In this document: positions 1-9,651 of the stretch, in pieces
Layout of the letters: the number at the start of each line of letters is the position of its first letter
How positions within the stretch are numbered: position 1 is the stretch's first letter
From: Candidatus Nanohaloarchaea archaeon
GTDB taxonomy: Archaea > Nanohalarchaeota > Nanosalinia > Nanosalinales > Nanosalinaceae
Reading direction: 5' to 3'
Length of the DNA: 64,000 nucleotides
NCBI GenBank assembly: GCA_013343275.1
Contig: CP046106.1
Location: forward strand, 576,001 to 640,000
Made by a program: the position numbers and the translations under genes
The notes under the pieces: model-generated
What the model saw: the letters and a program-made list of their open reading frames with translations, nothing else
Told to the model about the DNA's origin: nothing
Database searches by the model: none

Positions 1-1299
1 AGCCACCCTTCCAAGACCTAGTCCCCATGCGAGAACAGTGGCCTCGAATCCTAGCATCGGTTTAACGACTTCCGGACGGAACAGGCCTGCTCCTCCGAGG
101 CCCATCCATTCCTCTTCTTCGTCGTCCCATACCTGTACTTCTGTGCTCATCTCGGTGTAAGGATAGTAGGAAGGAATGAGGCGGAACTCTTCGTAACCCA
201 TTTTCTCGAAGAACTCACTGAGGTATCCTTTCAGATGTGTGTAGTTGAGGTCCTCGCCGACTACGATTCCATCTAGCTGTATAAACCCGGGAAGATGGGT
301 GCGGTCAACTGTTTCGTTCCTGAAATTGCGGCCAATTACAAACAGTTTCTTCGGTAGTTCCTCCTCATTGATATCGATTTCATGCAGTCTTCTTGCGCTG
401 ACAGCTGTAGTATGTGTTCTAAGCACGTTTCTCGAGGCCTCATCCTCGCTCCAGTCATAGCCCCATCCTCTGCTTCCGGTTGTCCAGCCATCTTCATGCG
501 TCTCCTTAACGTGCTGCACTTTTTCGCCGTACTCGGAGAGATCGGTCTCTGCCGGAGTCTCCATAAAGAATGTATCGTGCAGGTCACGGGCCGGATGGTC
601 CTGAGCAGTGTAAAGTGCATCGAAGTTCAGGAAGCTTGGAACCACGAAGTCTCCGGTCATCTGCTGGAATCCCATCTCGACGAATTTTTCTCTCGCAAAT
701 CCGAGAATTTCCTTGTAGAAATGCTTTTTACCTATCCGTGGCGTCTGGACCCGAGCCTCGACATTAAAGTCTTCTTCAACCTCTTCTACATCCAGATCTT
801 CGCCTTTCTCAGTAAGAACAAGTATTCTCGTTACCTCAGTATCTATATCGACAAGGCCTCTGTCCTCGTCTTTCTGCATGAAATCTTTCTCATTTAGCCG
901 AGTCTTGAGTTTGTCTTCTTCCAGTGCTTCTTTCCCTTTGTCTGTAAGTGCTACTGATCCTCCTTCTATCTCTATCCAGTCCTTCTGCCGGGCCTTCCCC
1001 AGCGCTACGTCCAGGTTGAGGTCCTGAAGATTGGCGAGGGATTTGTCTCCTTCGTCTACTCTTTCAATCAGTTTGTGTTCTGGAGATCCTTTTGCTGCTA
1101 CTTCTTTCCCTGTCTCTGTCAGGTATCGGGTTATTTCTTCCTCTTCTTCTACTTCTATCAGGCCTTTTTCCTGCAGTTCCATTGCTGAGCGGTTGACCAT
1201 TGACTGGTCGAATCCTTTCTTCTCCAACTCCTCTACTGTCTGCTTACCCTGTTTTTTCAGTTGTTCAAGTATATCTATGGCCTGAGTTGAGAGTCTCAC
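1..1299 (-). CDS. pheS: Phenylalanine--tRNA ligase alpha subunit, archaeal long form (3' end runs off the window)
   Basis: Not in the ORF track. Hand translation from GTG at 1299 gives MRLSTQAIDIL...NFDALYTAQDHPARDLHDTFF...VLRTHTTAVS...GRNFRNETVDRTHLPGF...YYPYTEMS...GAGLFRPEV...AWGLGLGRVA, i.e. PheRS-alpha class II motifs. Confidence 0.96.
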   Translation of the reverse strand, partial: MRLSTQAIDILEQLKKQGKQTVEELEKKGFDQSMVNRSAMELQEKGLIEVEEEEEITRYLTETGKEVAAKGSPEHKLIERVDEGDKSLANLQDLNLDVALGKARQKDWIEIEGGSVALTDKGKEALEEDKLKTRLNEKDFMQKDEDRGLVDIDTEVTRILVLTEKGEDLDVEEVEEDFNVEARVQTPRIGKKHFYKEILGFAREKFVEMGFQQMTGDFVVPSFLNFDALYTAQDHPARDLHDTFFMETPAETDLSEYGEKVQHVKETHEDGWTTGSRGWGYDWSEDEASRNVLRTHTTAVSARRLHEIDINEEELPKKLFVIGRNFRNETVDRTHLPGFIQLDGIVVGEDLNYTHLKGYLSEFFEKMGYEEFRLIPSYYPYTEMSTEVQVWDDEEEEWMGLGGAGLFRPEVVKPMLGFEATVLAWGLGLGRVA

Positions 1300-1338
1300 A
1301 ACGCGGTTTTACTCAACGGAATCTTAAATAGATAATTT

Positions 1339-2091
1339 CTAGGCCGATTCCAGAACCGCTCCCAGAACTATAAACAGCACACCTGTCAGGAAGAGTTTTG
1401 TCAGGTCTTTCCAGGTGTCAAGGTCGAAATGTTCTCTGTACATCGCTGCCGACACCAGGCTTCCGCAGATACCTGCCACTACGAAACCTGCCATTTCAAG
1501 GGTTGCATGTGGAACATAGGCTACTGGTGATGGAGTCTTACCTGAACCCATAATCAGCTCTGCTATACCTTTGAGCTCTGAGACAAGCTGGGCGATGAAA
1601 ACTCCGAGAACAGAGGCATTCCAGGTAAGTATGAAAGCTCCTGCAGAACCTATAATCGCTGATACAGCGAATATCGAAAGATACAGCACCAGGTTATTAG
1701 ATAATACTACAAAGAAAATATCAGGTATTACCGCATTTCCTGCGAGGCCTAGCTGGGCGGCCTGTTCGCTGAAAACAGCAGTCTGCATAGCAAAGTCCTT
1801 GGTGAAGAACAGGCCTAGCGAGAGGAATGCTACGAACTCTCCCAGGAATAATGACCCATAAAACTCTATTTCATCGCTGTGAGGCCTTCCCCTATCTTCA
1901 TCATCAAGGAAGACCCTGGTCAATGGATATACGAGAGGTATAGATGCAAAAACTACAGAAAGAACAGATGTCTGGCCCGGAAAAACTATTTTAGCTACAG
2001 CAAATCCTGTTAAGCCAGATATAAGGCCTAGCAGGGCTACGAATAAAAGACTTCCCTGTTTCTCCTCCCTCAGAATAAGTTCCGGCAGCAT
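1339..2091 (-). CDS. SpoIIM/DUF95-like integral membrane protein
   Basis: Multiple hydrophobic segments; NN..., WNASVLG and PHATLEMAGF motifs typical of the stage II sporulation protein M family. Confidence 0.75.
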   Translation of the reverse strand: MLPELILREEKQGSLLFVALLGLISGLTGFAVAKIVFPGQTSVLSVVFASIPLVYPLTRVFLDDEDRGRPHSDEIEFYGSLFLGEFVAFLSLGLFFTKDFAMQTAVFSEQAAQLGLAGNAVIPDIFFVVLSNNLVLYLSIFAVSAIIGSAGAFILTWNASVLGVFIAQLVSELKGIAELIMGSGKTPSPVAYVPHATLEMAGFVVAGICGSLVSAAMYREHFDLDTWKDLTKLFLTGVLFIVLGAVLESA

Positions 2092-2134
2092 AAAGAAGAA
2101 ATGATGGTAGGTGGTTTAAACCGGTTTTCCAGAA

Positions 2135-3289
2135 CTATCTCTGGAGTTCTAGATCGATGTTTCTGTCCCACATTTCCTGGGCCAGTTCGCCGTCGTACAT
2201 CATCTGCTGCACCAGCTCATCTGCATTCTCCTTTCTCTCCTGGTGCTCCTGAAGGAACTCGTTCAACTCTTCTACCAGTATTTCCTTGATCTCGCCAGTC
2301 ATCATCTCGCCGGAGGAGTACTTCTCAGCGATCTCCCGGATTCTCTCATCGTCCTCCATCAAAAGGTTTCTCAACCACTGGAAAGAGGTATCAACTGCCA
2401 GATCAGCGCCTTCCTCACGGTGTTCTTCCAGAGTATCGCCTCCACCTGAGTAAGCATGCTTCTTGACCTTCTCCTCGACCTCTTCAGGGCTGTCATCCAG
2501 CATGATCGCGGTCTTCGGCTTCGAGGAACTCATCTTCCCCTCAGGCCCTGTCAACGCCGGGATAAACTTGGAGTGGATCGCCGCTGTCTTCTTGTGGCCG
2601 AACTTCTCGGCAATATCCCTCTGGATCCTCCAGTACGGATCCTGATCGATCGCAGCCGGGATAACGCACCGCTTGTCCTCGAAGAATGTCGGAATATTCT
2701 GTATAGCAGGCCAGAAATTCATTCCAATATTGGTCGAGCCTTCAAAGCCGAAAACGCTCTGGGCCTGTGAATTATTGATTTTTTCGGCAATCTTCACGAT
2801 TCCATCATACATGTGACCCATGTATTCTCTGTTTCGGAAGATGAATGTCTTGTCAGGATCAAAGCCAACAGCTGCGATCTCCCTGATATTATCCTCTGCG
2901 TACTTATCGATTTCCTCATCTGTTATATCGCGGTCCCAGTACTTCTCGTCGTCAGTAACCTGTATATACACGTTGACATCGAACTTCTCCTGAATCCACT
3001 TCGTGAAGTAGAAACTGATAATATGGCCTATATGCATCTTGCCGCTAGGCCCGATACCGGTATACAGGAAGAAGCCGTCTTCTTCCTCGTACTCATCAAG
3101 CGCCTTGTCAAGGCCTCTGTGGGAGTAGATGAAGTCTCTCTTCATGTAGAGGTTCTCATCTCCAGCCAGATCGAAGAATCTCTCCTTCAACTCCTCGTCG
3201 ATCTCCTCGGTTCCGAATTTATCTATTAGTCTATCGTAGTCTACCTGACCCTCCACATCGAAAGGCGTCACATCAAAATCCTCTGCCAT
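2135..3289 (-). CDS. trpS: Tryptophan--tRNA ligase (archaeal type)
   Basis: VTPF, GIGPSGKMHIGH, TDDEK, AIDQDPY, KMSSS. Confidence 0.96.
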   Translation of the reverse strand: MAEDFDVTPFDVEGQVDYDRLIDKFGTEEIDEELKERFFDLAGDENLYMKRDFIYSHRGLDKALDEYEEEDGFFLYTGIGPSGKMHIGHIISFYFTKWIQEKFDVNVYIQVTDDEKYWDRDITDEEIDKYAEDNIREIAAVGFDPDKTFIFRNREYMGHMYDGIVKIAEKINNSQAQSVFGFEGSTNIGMNFWPAIQNIPTFFEDKRCVIPAAIDQDPYWRIQRDIAEKFGHKKTAAIHSKFIPALTGPEGKMSSSKPKTAIMLDDSPEEVEEKVKKHAYSGGGDTLEEHREEGADLAVDTSFQWLRNLLMEDDERIREIAEKYSSGEMMTGEIKEILVEELNEFLQEHQERKENADELVQQMMYDGELAQEMWDRNIDLELQR

Positions 3290-3305
3290 AGTTTTTATCG
3301 TCCTC

Positions 3306-4358
3306 CTAGTTAAGTTCTGATCGAAGAAAGCTTTTCAAGATTTCACAGTATGCTTCCAGGCTTTCAACCTCCACATACTCGTCTTCAGCGTGAAGATTGT
3401 AGCCTTCCGGGCCGAAACAGACCGCAGGAACACCTTTCTCGGTGAAGAACCTCATGTCGCTCGCAAAGTTCTCCCTCCTGAAATCAACCGTTTCTCCAGA
3501 AACTTCCTCAGCTGAAGTTTTCAGGGCCTGAGCTCCAGAATTTTCCTCCGAAGTCTCCAGCATCGGGGCCTCCGCCAGGACTTCGTACTCCAGGCCTCCC
3601 ATTTCTTCTAGATCTCTCAGAACTTCCTCCTTCGGGTACTGGTTTGAGTACCGGATATCTACCTGTAGAGAGGCCTTGTCAGGTATCTGGTTGACAGGTC
3701 CTTCAGCGGAGATATTGCCCAGGTTGATCGTGGTTCCAAACTCGGCCTCATGGTTAAATCCTGATCTGAACTCCATGTACTTTTTGAGGAGTTTTTCGGC
3801 CGCGTTCTCGCCTCTATCAGGTTTGGACGCGTGAGCGTTCTCCCCTGAGGCCTTTAACTCGAGCTGGAGAACCCCTTTCTGCTCTGTGACTATTGATGGG
3901 AAATGACCTGAGTCATCGGGCTCCGCTGAAATTACCAGTTCCGGTTCAATCCCTGTTTCTTCAGTTACGTGGCCTGTGCCGTTAAATCCTCCTCTTTCCT
4001 CGTCAGATGTAATTAGGATTCCTAGATTCTCGGCCTCAACTTTCTGGGCAGCTTCGATGATACAGGCAATCCCTGACTTCATGTCGGCTGTTCCTCGGCC
4101 GTAAATTCGGCCGTTACGCCTTTCTGGTCGGAAGAGCGAGTCTTTTGCATCTACCACATCGATATGGCCGTGGAGGAGAATTTGCGGTTCACCCCTCGTA
4201 GCCAGTAGAGATTTTTCTCCTTCCTCCTCGAATCTCTGTATATCAAAGTCTTCTGGCAGTTCTTTCTCAACCAGTTGAAGGCCTTTCTCTATTTCTCCTA
4301 GGTTTCCTTCTACCGTCCTGAGTTTTACCAGTTCTTCAGTCATTTCCTCTATATTCAT
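3306..4358 (-). CDS. M20 family metallo-hydrolase (ArgE/DapE-like)
   Basis: HGHIDVV, GRGTADMKSG, DEERGG, AEP, SDMRFF, HAEDE metal-binding motifs. Confidence 0.9.
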   Translation of the reverse strand: MNIEEMTEELVKLRTVEGNLGEIEKGLQLVEKELPEDFDIQRFEEEGEKSLLATRGEPQILLHGHIDVVDAKDSLFRPERRNGRIYGRGTADMKSGIACIIEAAQKVEAENLGILITSDEERGGFNGTGHVTEETGIEPELVISAEPDDSGHFPSIVTEQKGVLQLELKASGENAHASKPDRGENAAEKLLKKYMEFRSGFNHEAEFGTTINLGNISAEGPVNQIPDKASLQVDIRYSNQYPKEEVLRDLEEMGGLEYEVLAEAPMLETSEENSGAQALKTSAEEVSGETVDFRRENFASDMRFFTEKGVPAVCFGPEGYNLHAEDEYVEVESLEAYCEILKSFLRSELN

Positions 4359-5083
4359 GCCATTCTCTCGCCTCCTTCAGTGAATTCGTAGTCGGACTTC
4401 CTGGCTGCTCTTCCCAGGCTGTGTGCGGCCTCCGATTCGCTGACCTCTCCTGCTACAACCAGGGCATCGCCATCCTCGAAGGACATGTTGAGGCCTTCTT
4501 CTCCATACATAAAGTCCTGGAAATCATCGTTCTCCGGTATGCTGGAGTACATTCCTCCATCGTAGATGTCTGCGTAGGCCTCTCTCATTACCGGGCCTTC
4601 CATTTCTTTGTCGACGTCGATCGCTTCTCCCAGATCCTGTACTTCTTCCAGCATCTCCTCTTCTTTTCCTGGCTGTGGGTATACTTCGAAGCAGTTGTCT
4701 GCGCAGGCGTACATGTTCGGGTTCTGCGTTCTATAGCCGAAAAGCTCGTCTCCCTCCGCCTCCTCCACCACTCCTCTGCTGAGTAGTGTACTGCCGACGC
4801 ATCTTCCCTGCAGGCTATCGTCAACCGCAAGACCTACCTCGTAGACAGTGTCGTCCATCCGGGATAGGCCTGAGAATGCTACGTACTCTCCGTCCTCGTC
4901 TTTTGCTGTGACGAGTGTAGGTACTCTGAGGTGGTCTCTTGCGTCCTGATCGGTTGGGACACCTTCCTTGGAGAAAGCGTTCTGCGCGACGTCAACAAGC
5001 TGTTGTTCGGCCTCGGAGTTGGCCTCTAGAAATTCTTCTGGATTTTGATGTACCTCTATCTCAAGGCTTCCAAAAACGTCCAC
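4355..5083 (-). CDS. GNAT-fold acetyltransferase-like protein
   Basis: LAVDDSLQGRCVGSTLL resembles GNAT acetyl-CoA motif A; ATGA overlap with the M20 gene; start uncertain (see findings). Confidence 0.6.
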   Translation of the reverse strand: MDVFGSLEIEVHQNPEEFLEANSEAEQQLVDVAQNAFSKEGVPTDQDARDHLRVPTLVTAKDEDGEYVAFSGLSRMDDTVYEVGLAVDDSLQGRCVGSTLLSRGVVEEAEGDELFGYRTQNPNMYACADNCFEVYPQPGKEEEMLEEVQDLGEAIDVDKEMEGPVMREAYADIYDGGMYSSIPENDDFQDFMYGEEGLNMSFEDGDALVVAGEVSESEAAHSLGRAARKSDYEFTEGGERMA

Positions 5084-5400
5084 CCTGTTCTCGGGCTTCC
5101 GATGTCGAATAGTTTTCAGTCTGTTCCATAAGTCAAATCACGTAAGCAAAGATTGCCAGAAAAGCTTTAAATAGCTTACAGAGCTTCTACCTGGTTTTTA
5201 GAGATAGCTGAAGCTGTAGAGATAAGTTTAACCTGGAGTAATACTGGCAAAGCTAAAATAAAACGTATGTGGAGTTAAGGCCATGAGAAGTTCTTGATTG
5301 AGGAGATCTGTAGATAGCTGTGGCTCAGAGAATTATTTCTGTGCAGGAGGCCAAAAGCATCCACCTTTCTGAGCCATGTTGAGATGTTGAAGGTTCACTG

Positions 5401-6159
5401 TTAAAATTCTTTTCTCTGGGCCCGGTAGCCAAGCGTTCCATTGTATCCATTTGTTGACATGAGAACCGGGTAGAACGGTTTTTCAGCACTTAAACTCTCG
5501 TCTCCTCTGGTAGCGTAGACTTCACCTTCCTCCACTTTCTTGAAGTTCTCGGCCTGGAAGCTCCAGTCACCTTCTACCTTATCAAATACCTCGAATAACT
5601 GTGGACTTGATTTCCGGGCCTTACCGTCTATAACGTTCTGGGAAGCTAGGAAGTTTTTGATTACACCTAGCGCGTTTTCAACGGCCTGATCTGTTCCCTG
5701 GAATCCCGCCTCTACAACCACTCCTTCTACGTGTTCGTGAAGCTTCCCTTCTTTACCAGGGAAATGCGCTGCATTCTTTGCTCCTGTCGATGCAAGCATG
5801 TCCCGGATTTCGTCGTTCAGAGTTGAGCAGGTTGCGAAAGGTAGCGGATAGGAATGCGTAGTGTGTATGTCCAGAAGCTTTGTGCCTTCTACAGCATCGA
5901 TTATCTTCGAGGCCAACCTCTCCTCGTACCTCTCTGACTCAGGATCTCCAGGAAAGGATCTGTTCAGGTCTGACTCGAGAAATCTCTGACCTTCAAGAAG
6001 CGCTTTTTCGTTTCCGATCACAAACTGGACCGGTTTACGGAACTCTCTTTCCTCCGATAGAAACTTCTCGATCGCTTTCTTGCCTGCCGGCTCATCACCG
6101 TGAACCGAGCCCATTACAGTAAATTCAGGCTCTCCATCTCCTCTTCTCACTACCTTCAT
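5401..6159 (-). CDS. Succinylglutamate desuccinylase/aspartoacylase family (M14-like) hydrolase
   Basis: HGDEPAG, DLNRSFPG, LDIHT, VEAG motifs. Confidence 0.88.
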   Translation of the reverse strand: MKVVRRGDGEPEFTVMGSVHGDEPAGKKAIEKFLSEEREFRKPVQFVIGNEKALLEGQRFLESDLNRSFPGDPESERYEERLASKIIDAVEGTKLLDIHTTHSYPLPFATCSTLNDEIRDMLASTGAKNAAHFPGKEGKLHEHVEGVVVEAGFQGTDQAVENALGVIKNFLASQNVIDGKARKSSPQLFEVFDKVEGDWSFQAENFKKVEEGEVYATRGDESLSAEKPFYPVLMSTNGYNGTLGYRAQRKEF

Positions 6160-6199
6160 AAAAAGAAAATTCTTCGAAGGTAATTCAAAAAGATTTCAC

Positions 6200-7360
6200 C
6201 TATCTCAGGGCCTCTACGGCCGCCAGTTTCTCTCCACTCAGATACCTGACAAAGGCTCCTCCTGCTATAGAGACATGTGAGAAATCTTCCAGTTCGTAGT
6301 TAAATCTCTGTACAAGCGAGGACGTGTGGCCTCCTCCAAGAACAGTGTAGGCATCGGACTCTGCCATGGCCTTGACTATTTTCCGCGTTCCTTCCGGATG
6401 TTCTTCGAAAGCACCCATAGGCCCTTTCATAACTACGGATTCCGCATCCCTGATCTCTTCAGCAAATTTTTCTGCAGTTTCAGGGCCTATATCCCACGTC
6501 ATTTCGTCCGGTATTTCCTCTACCCTGTACTCTCCAGAATCCGTTCTGACGTCCTCCGGGAGCACTACCTTCTCGCTGTAGTTATTGATTACTCTCTCAA
6601 GTTCTCCTTTCTTTGAGTCAAGGCCGTGGTCTTCAATCCACTGCTTCTTCTCTCCCAGATCGTGGCCTTCTATAATGAGAGCGAGTTCTCCAGGAATTCC
6701 CCCCAGTAGGACTTTATCCACAGATTCTATCATTTCATCCAGTATACCGATCAGGTCGGAAGGTTTCTCCCCACCGAGAACAAGCACCCCGTTATCAAAC
6801 CTGTCTCTAACTTTTCCACAGCTCTCAAGCTCCTTCTCCATGACAGGGCCTGCGTAAGAATCCAGTTTCTTGGTAAACCCTACCATGGAGCCATGGCTCC
6901 TGTGAGCTGCGGAGAACGCATCATCGACGTAGAGATCAAATTCTGGTGCAATCCTTTTCACAAATATATCTTCGGCGTGTTGTTCTGCCGAGGCATTTCT
7001 GAGCTCCTCTGAAAGAAACCTTACATTCTCCAGCAGCGCTACACCTCCTTCATCCATGTCTTCAACAGCTTCAGCAAGTTCAGGCCCGAAGAAACCCGGA
7101 ATAAATTCTACTTCATTCCCGAGAGAATCAGATAGGATCTCTGAATGCTTTTTCAGCGACATGAAATCGTTTCTACCTGGTCGGCCCTGGTGAGCCATCA
7201 CCACTGTCTTCGCGCCTCTATCAGAAAGCTCCTCTACCGTCTCAAGGTACCTCTTGAATCTTACAGTTTTCTGTGGTTCGCCGTCCTCAATCGGAAGGTT
7301 TAGATCAGTTCTGAGAAGAACTTCCTGGCCCTGAATATCAATATCATCTATAGAGTTCAT
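6200..7360 (-). CDS. pgk: Phosphoglycerate kinase
   Basis: RTDLNLP, HQGRPG, LLENVRF, DAFSAAHR, DIGPET, GGGHT, SIAGGA; start placed at ATG 7360 (MNSIDD). Confidence 0.96.
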   Translation of the reverse strand: MNSIDDIDIQGQEVLLRTDLNLPIEDGEPQKTVRFKRYLETVEELSDRGAKTVVMAHQGRPGRNDFMSLKKHSEILSDSLGNEVEFIPGFFGPELAEAVEDMDEGGVALLENVRFLSEELRNASAEQHAEDIFVKRIAPEFDLYVDDAFSAAHRSHGSMVGFTKKLDSYAGPVMEKELESCGKVRDRFDNGVLVLGGEKPSDLIGILDEMIESVDKVLLGGIPGELALIIEGHDLGEKKQWIEDHGLDSKKGELERVINNYSEKVVLPEDVRTDSGEYRVEEIPDEMTWDIGPETAEKFAEEIRDAESVVMKGPMGAFEEHPEGTRKIVKAMAESDAYTVLGGGHTSSLVQRFNYELEDFSHVSIAGGAFVRYLSGEKLAAVEALR

Positions 7361-7555
7361 GGCTGCTGTATTACGATGTAATACTTCCAGGTTTTTAACT
7401 TTTCCAAGCAGCATTTAAGATTCCGGTCAAAACTTCTCCATACAATGAAAGGTGGATGTTTTGGACTGTCCTCAGAGGCAGTCACACGGCAAAGTATTCA
7501 ATAATCTAAAACCTTCTAGTTCTGACTATAAAAATTTCCACGAGAGTGTTTCTGC

Positions 7556-9268
7556 ATGAGCAAGTCACTTACAGAAAAACTTTCTGAGCTGGCGAAGAGA
7601 AGAGGATTCTTCTTCCAGTCTTCAGAGGCCTACGGTGGTGTCGCAGGTTTCCAGACCTTCGGCCCCGAAGGCGCAGAACTCAAGAGAAACATCGAAAACA
7701 GCTGGAGAGAAACATTCTCCGACAGCCTAGGCCATCGAGAGATCGAGGCCCCGACCATTATGCCGGAGCCGGTTTTCGAGGCCTCAGGGCATCTAGACAC
7801 GTTCGACGACATGATAATAGAATGCCCGGAATGCGGAACATCAAGCAGAGCCGACCATCTCGTGGAAGATAACACAGATATCGAAGAAGCAGAAAGCTTC
7901 TCACACGAGCAGGTAGAGGCCTTGATCAAGGAACACAACCTTGAATGCCCAAGCTGCGGAGAAGACCTCAGTAACGTAGCAGTAGAGGACTTCAACCTGA
8001 TGTTCGAGACAAGCATCGGCCCAGGATCAGGCCAGACAGGATACCTCAGGCCGGAAACCGCACAGGGAATATTCGTAGAGTTCCCACGGCTGAAGGAATA
8101 CGCAAGAAACCAGCTACCGTTCGGCATAACACAGATTGGTAAAGCATACAGAAACGAAATTTCACCGAGGAAAGGTCTCGTCAGAGTCCGTGAACTGACT
8201 CAGGCCGAGCTTGAGCACTTCATCGATCCGGAAGAAGACGAACCACGGCTTGAGAAAGTTGAAGATGTCGAGCTGAAGCTTTACAGCCGTGAACAACAGA
8301 ATGCTGAAGACGGTGAACCTCAGTTCATGACCGTCAAGGAAGCAGTTGAAGAAGAGGTTGTCGAATCTGACTGGATTGCCTATTATCTCGGTATCGCGAA
8401 GCAGTGGTATGAGGAGATCGGAGTCGATATGGAGCGCTTCCGGTTCCGCCAGCATCAAAACGATGAACTCTCCCACTACGCAAGCGACTGCTGGGACGCA
8501 GAGAGCCAGGTCGACGGCGACTGGATCGAGATCACCGGTTTCGCGTACAGAGGCTGCTACGATCTGAAGAAGCACGACCAGTACAGCCGAGAAGACTACA
8601 AGATCTTCAAAGAGTACGACGAACCAAAGACCGTAGAGAAGAATACAGTCAGCCCGGACATGGGTTATCTAGGCCCTGAGTTCGGTGATAAGGCAGGCAA
8701 GATTGCAGAGAAGCTTGAGGAGATCGCAGAGAACGAACCTGAAGCCTTTGAAGCAGACAAGGTATTTGTCGAAGTGGACGGCGAGGAATACTCCGTTCCC
8801 GCTGATAAATGCAACTTCAGCGTCGAAGAAGTCACTGAGAACGGCGAGCATATTCTCCCTCACGTTGTCGAGCCTTCATTCGGTATCGACAGGATGGTTT
8901 ACACAGTTCTGGCTCATGCCTACGATGAGGACGAGGTCGACGATGAGGAGAGAACTGTTATGCGGTTCAACGAAGAGGTTGCTCCGACAGAGGTCGCTGT
9001 CTTCCCTCTAATGGATAAAGAAGGCCTTGGCGAGAAAGCACAGGAAGTAGCGGACAAGCTGCGTGAAGAAGGTTTCTCCGTCAAGTACGATGATACCGGA
9101 AATATCGGTAAGCGTTACAGAAGGCAGGACGAAGTCGGCACACCTGTCTGCGTAACAATCGATTATGAGACACTTGAAGATGAGCCTGAGACCGTAACTG
9201 TCAGGGATCGTGACTCGACGGATCAGGAACGTGTGGAGATCTCAGATCTGGCCGATTACCTGGCCTGA
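7556..9268 (+). CDS. glyS: Glycine--tRNA ligase (alpha2, archaeal/eukaryal type)
   Basis: RRGF, FNLMF, LRPETAQG, RNEISPR, HVVEPSFGIDR, IGKRYRRQDEVG. Confidence 0.97.
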   Translation: MSKSLTEKLSELAKRRGFFFQSSEAYGGVAGFQTFGPEGAELKRNIENSWRETFSDSLGHREIEAPTIMPEPVFEASGHLDTFDDMIIECPECGTSSRADHLVEDNTDIEEAESFSHEQVEALIKEHNLECPSCGEDLSNVAVEDFNLMFETSIGPGSGQTGYLRPETAQGIFVEFPRLKEYARNQLPFGITQIGKAYRNEISPRKGLVRVRELTQAELEHFIDPEEDEPRLEKVEDVELKLYSREQQNAEDGEPQFMTVKEAVEEEVVESDWIAYYLGIAKQWYEEIGVDMERFRFRQHQNDELSHYASDCWDAESQVDGDWIEITGFAYRGCYDLKKHDQYSREDYKIFKEYDEPKTVEKNTVSPDMGYLGPEFGDKAGKIAEKLEEIAENEPEAFEADKVFVEVDGEEYSVPADKCNFSVEEVTENGEHILPHVVEPSFGIDRMVYTVLAHAYDEDEVDDEERTVMRFNEEVAPTEVAVFPLMDKEGLGEKAQEVADKLREEGFSVKYDDTGNIGKRYRRQDEVGTPVCVTIDYETLEDEPETVTVRDRDSTDQERVEISDLADYLA

Positions 9269-9271
9269 TCC

Positions 9272-9295
9272 TCCTTTCTTCTCTCTTTCTTTTCT
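9272..9295 (+). terminator. Pyrimidine/T-rich tract, probable archaeal terminator of glyS
   Basis: TCCTTTCTTCTCTCTTTCTTTTCT directly after the stop codon. Confidence 0.5.
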
Positions 9296-9362
9296 GGTAC
9301 CGATTAGAGCAGAATCAATTTAATTTTTAGGCAGGCCTAAACTATGTTGTGATCGAGGTCAT

Positions 9363-9623
9363 ATGTCTGTACTTGATGTTGTTGAGGAGATAGAGAATGG
9401 ATGTGTTGATAACCGGTACCGTGATGAAGTCCTGGAGGTAGCTAGCGAGGTTGAGGAATATTTTGAATCCCTTGAGGATGCTGCATCATTTGCTGAGGCA
9501 TATGATAGAGAGTATAACCGAGAAAACCCGGGTTATGATCCTGAGGGTTATGCTGAGCAGTGGGCCGATAGTTTCGACGGCGATATGTCCGGTATTGTAG
9601 ATTCTCTGAGTCACGAAGATTGA
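9363..9623 (+). CDS. Hypothetical highly acidic small protein
   Basis: 86 aa, D/E-rich like the rest of the proteome; GAGGT before the ATG. Confidence 0.7.
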   Translation: MSVLDVVEEIENGCVDNRYRDEVLEVASEVEEYFESLEDAASFAEAYDREYNRENPGYDPEGYAEQWADSFDGDMSGIVDSLSHED

Positions 9624-9651
9624 TAAAAAGGTACTTGAGTAAGGCCTTTGC

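Noticed and set aside
245-1285. ORF-track calls in the first 1.3 kb
   Set aside because: All are shadows of pheS, which the track missed because its stop codon lies outside the window.
5320-5377. Inverted repeat TGGCTCAGA...TCTGAGCCA in the 270-bp spacer
   Set aside because: A single stem with a large loop and no recognisable family; could be a terminator-associated structure or chance.
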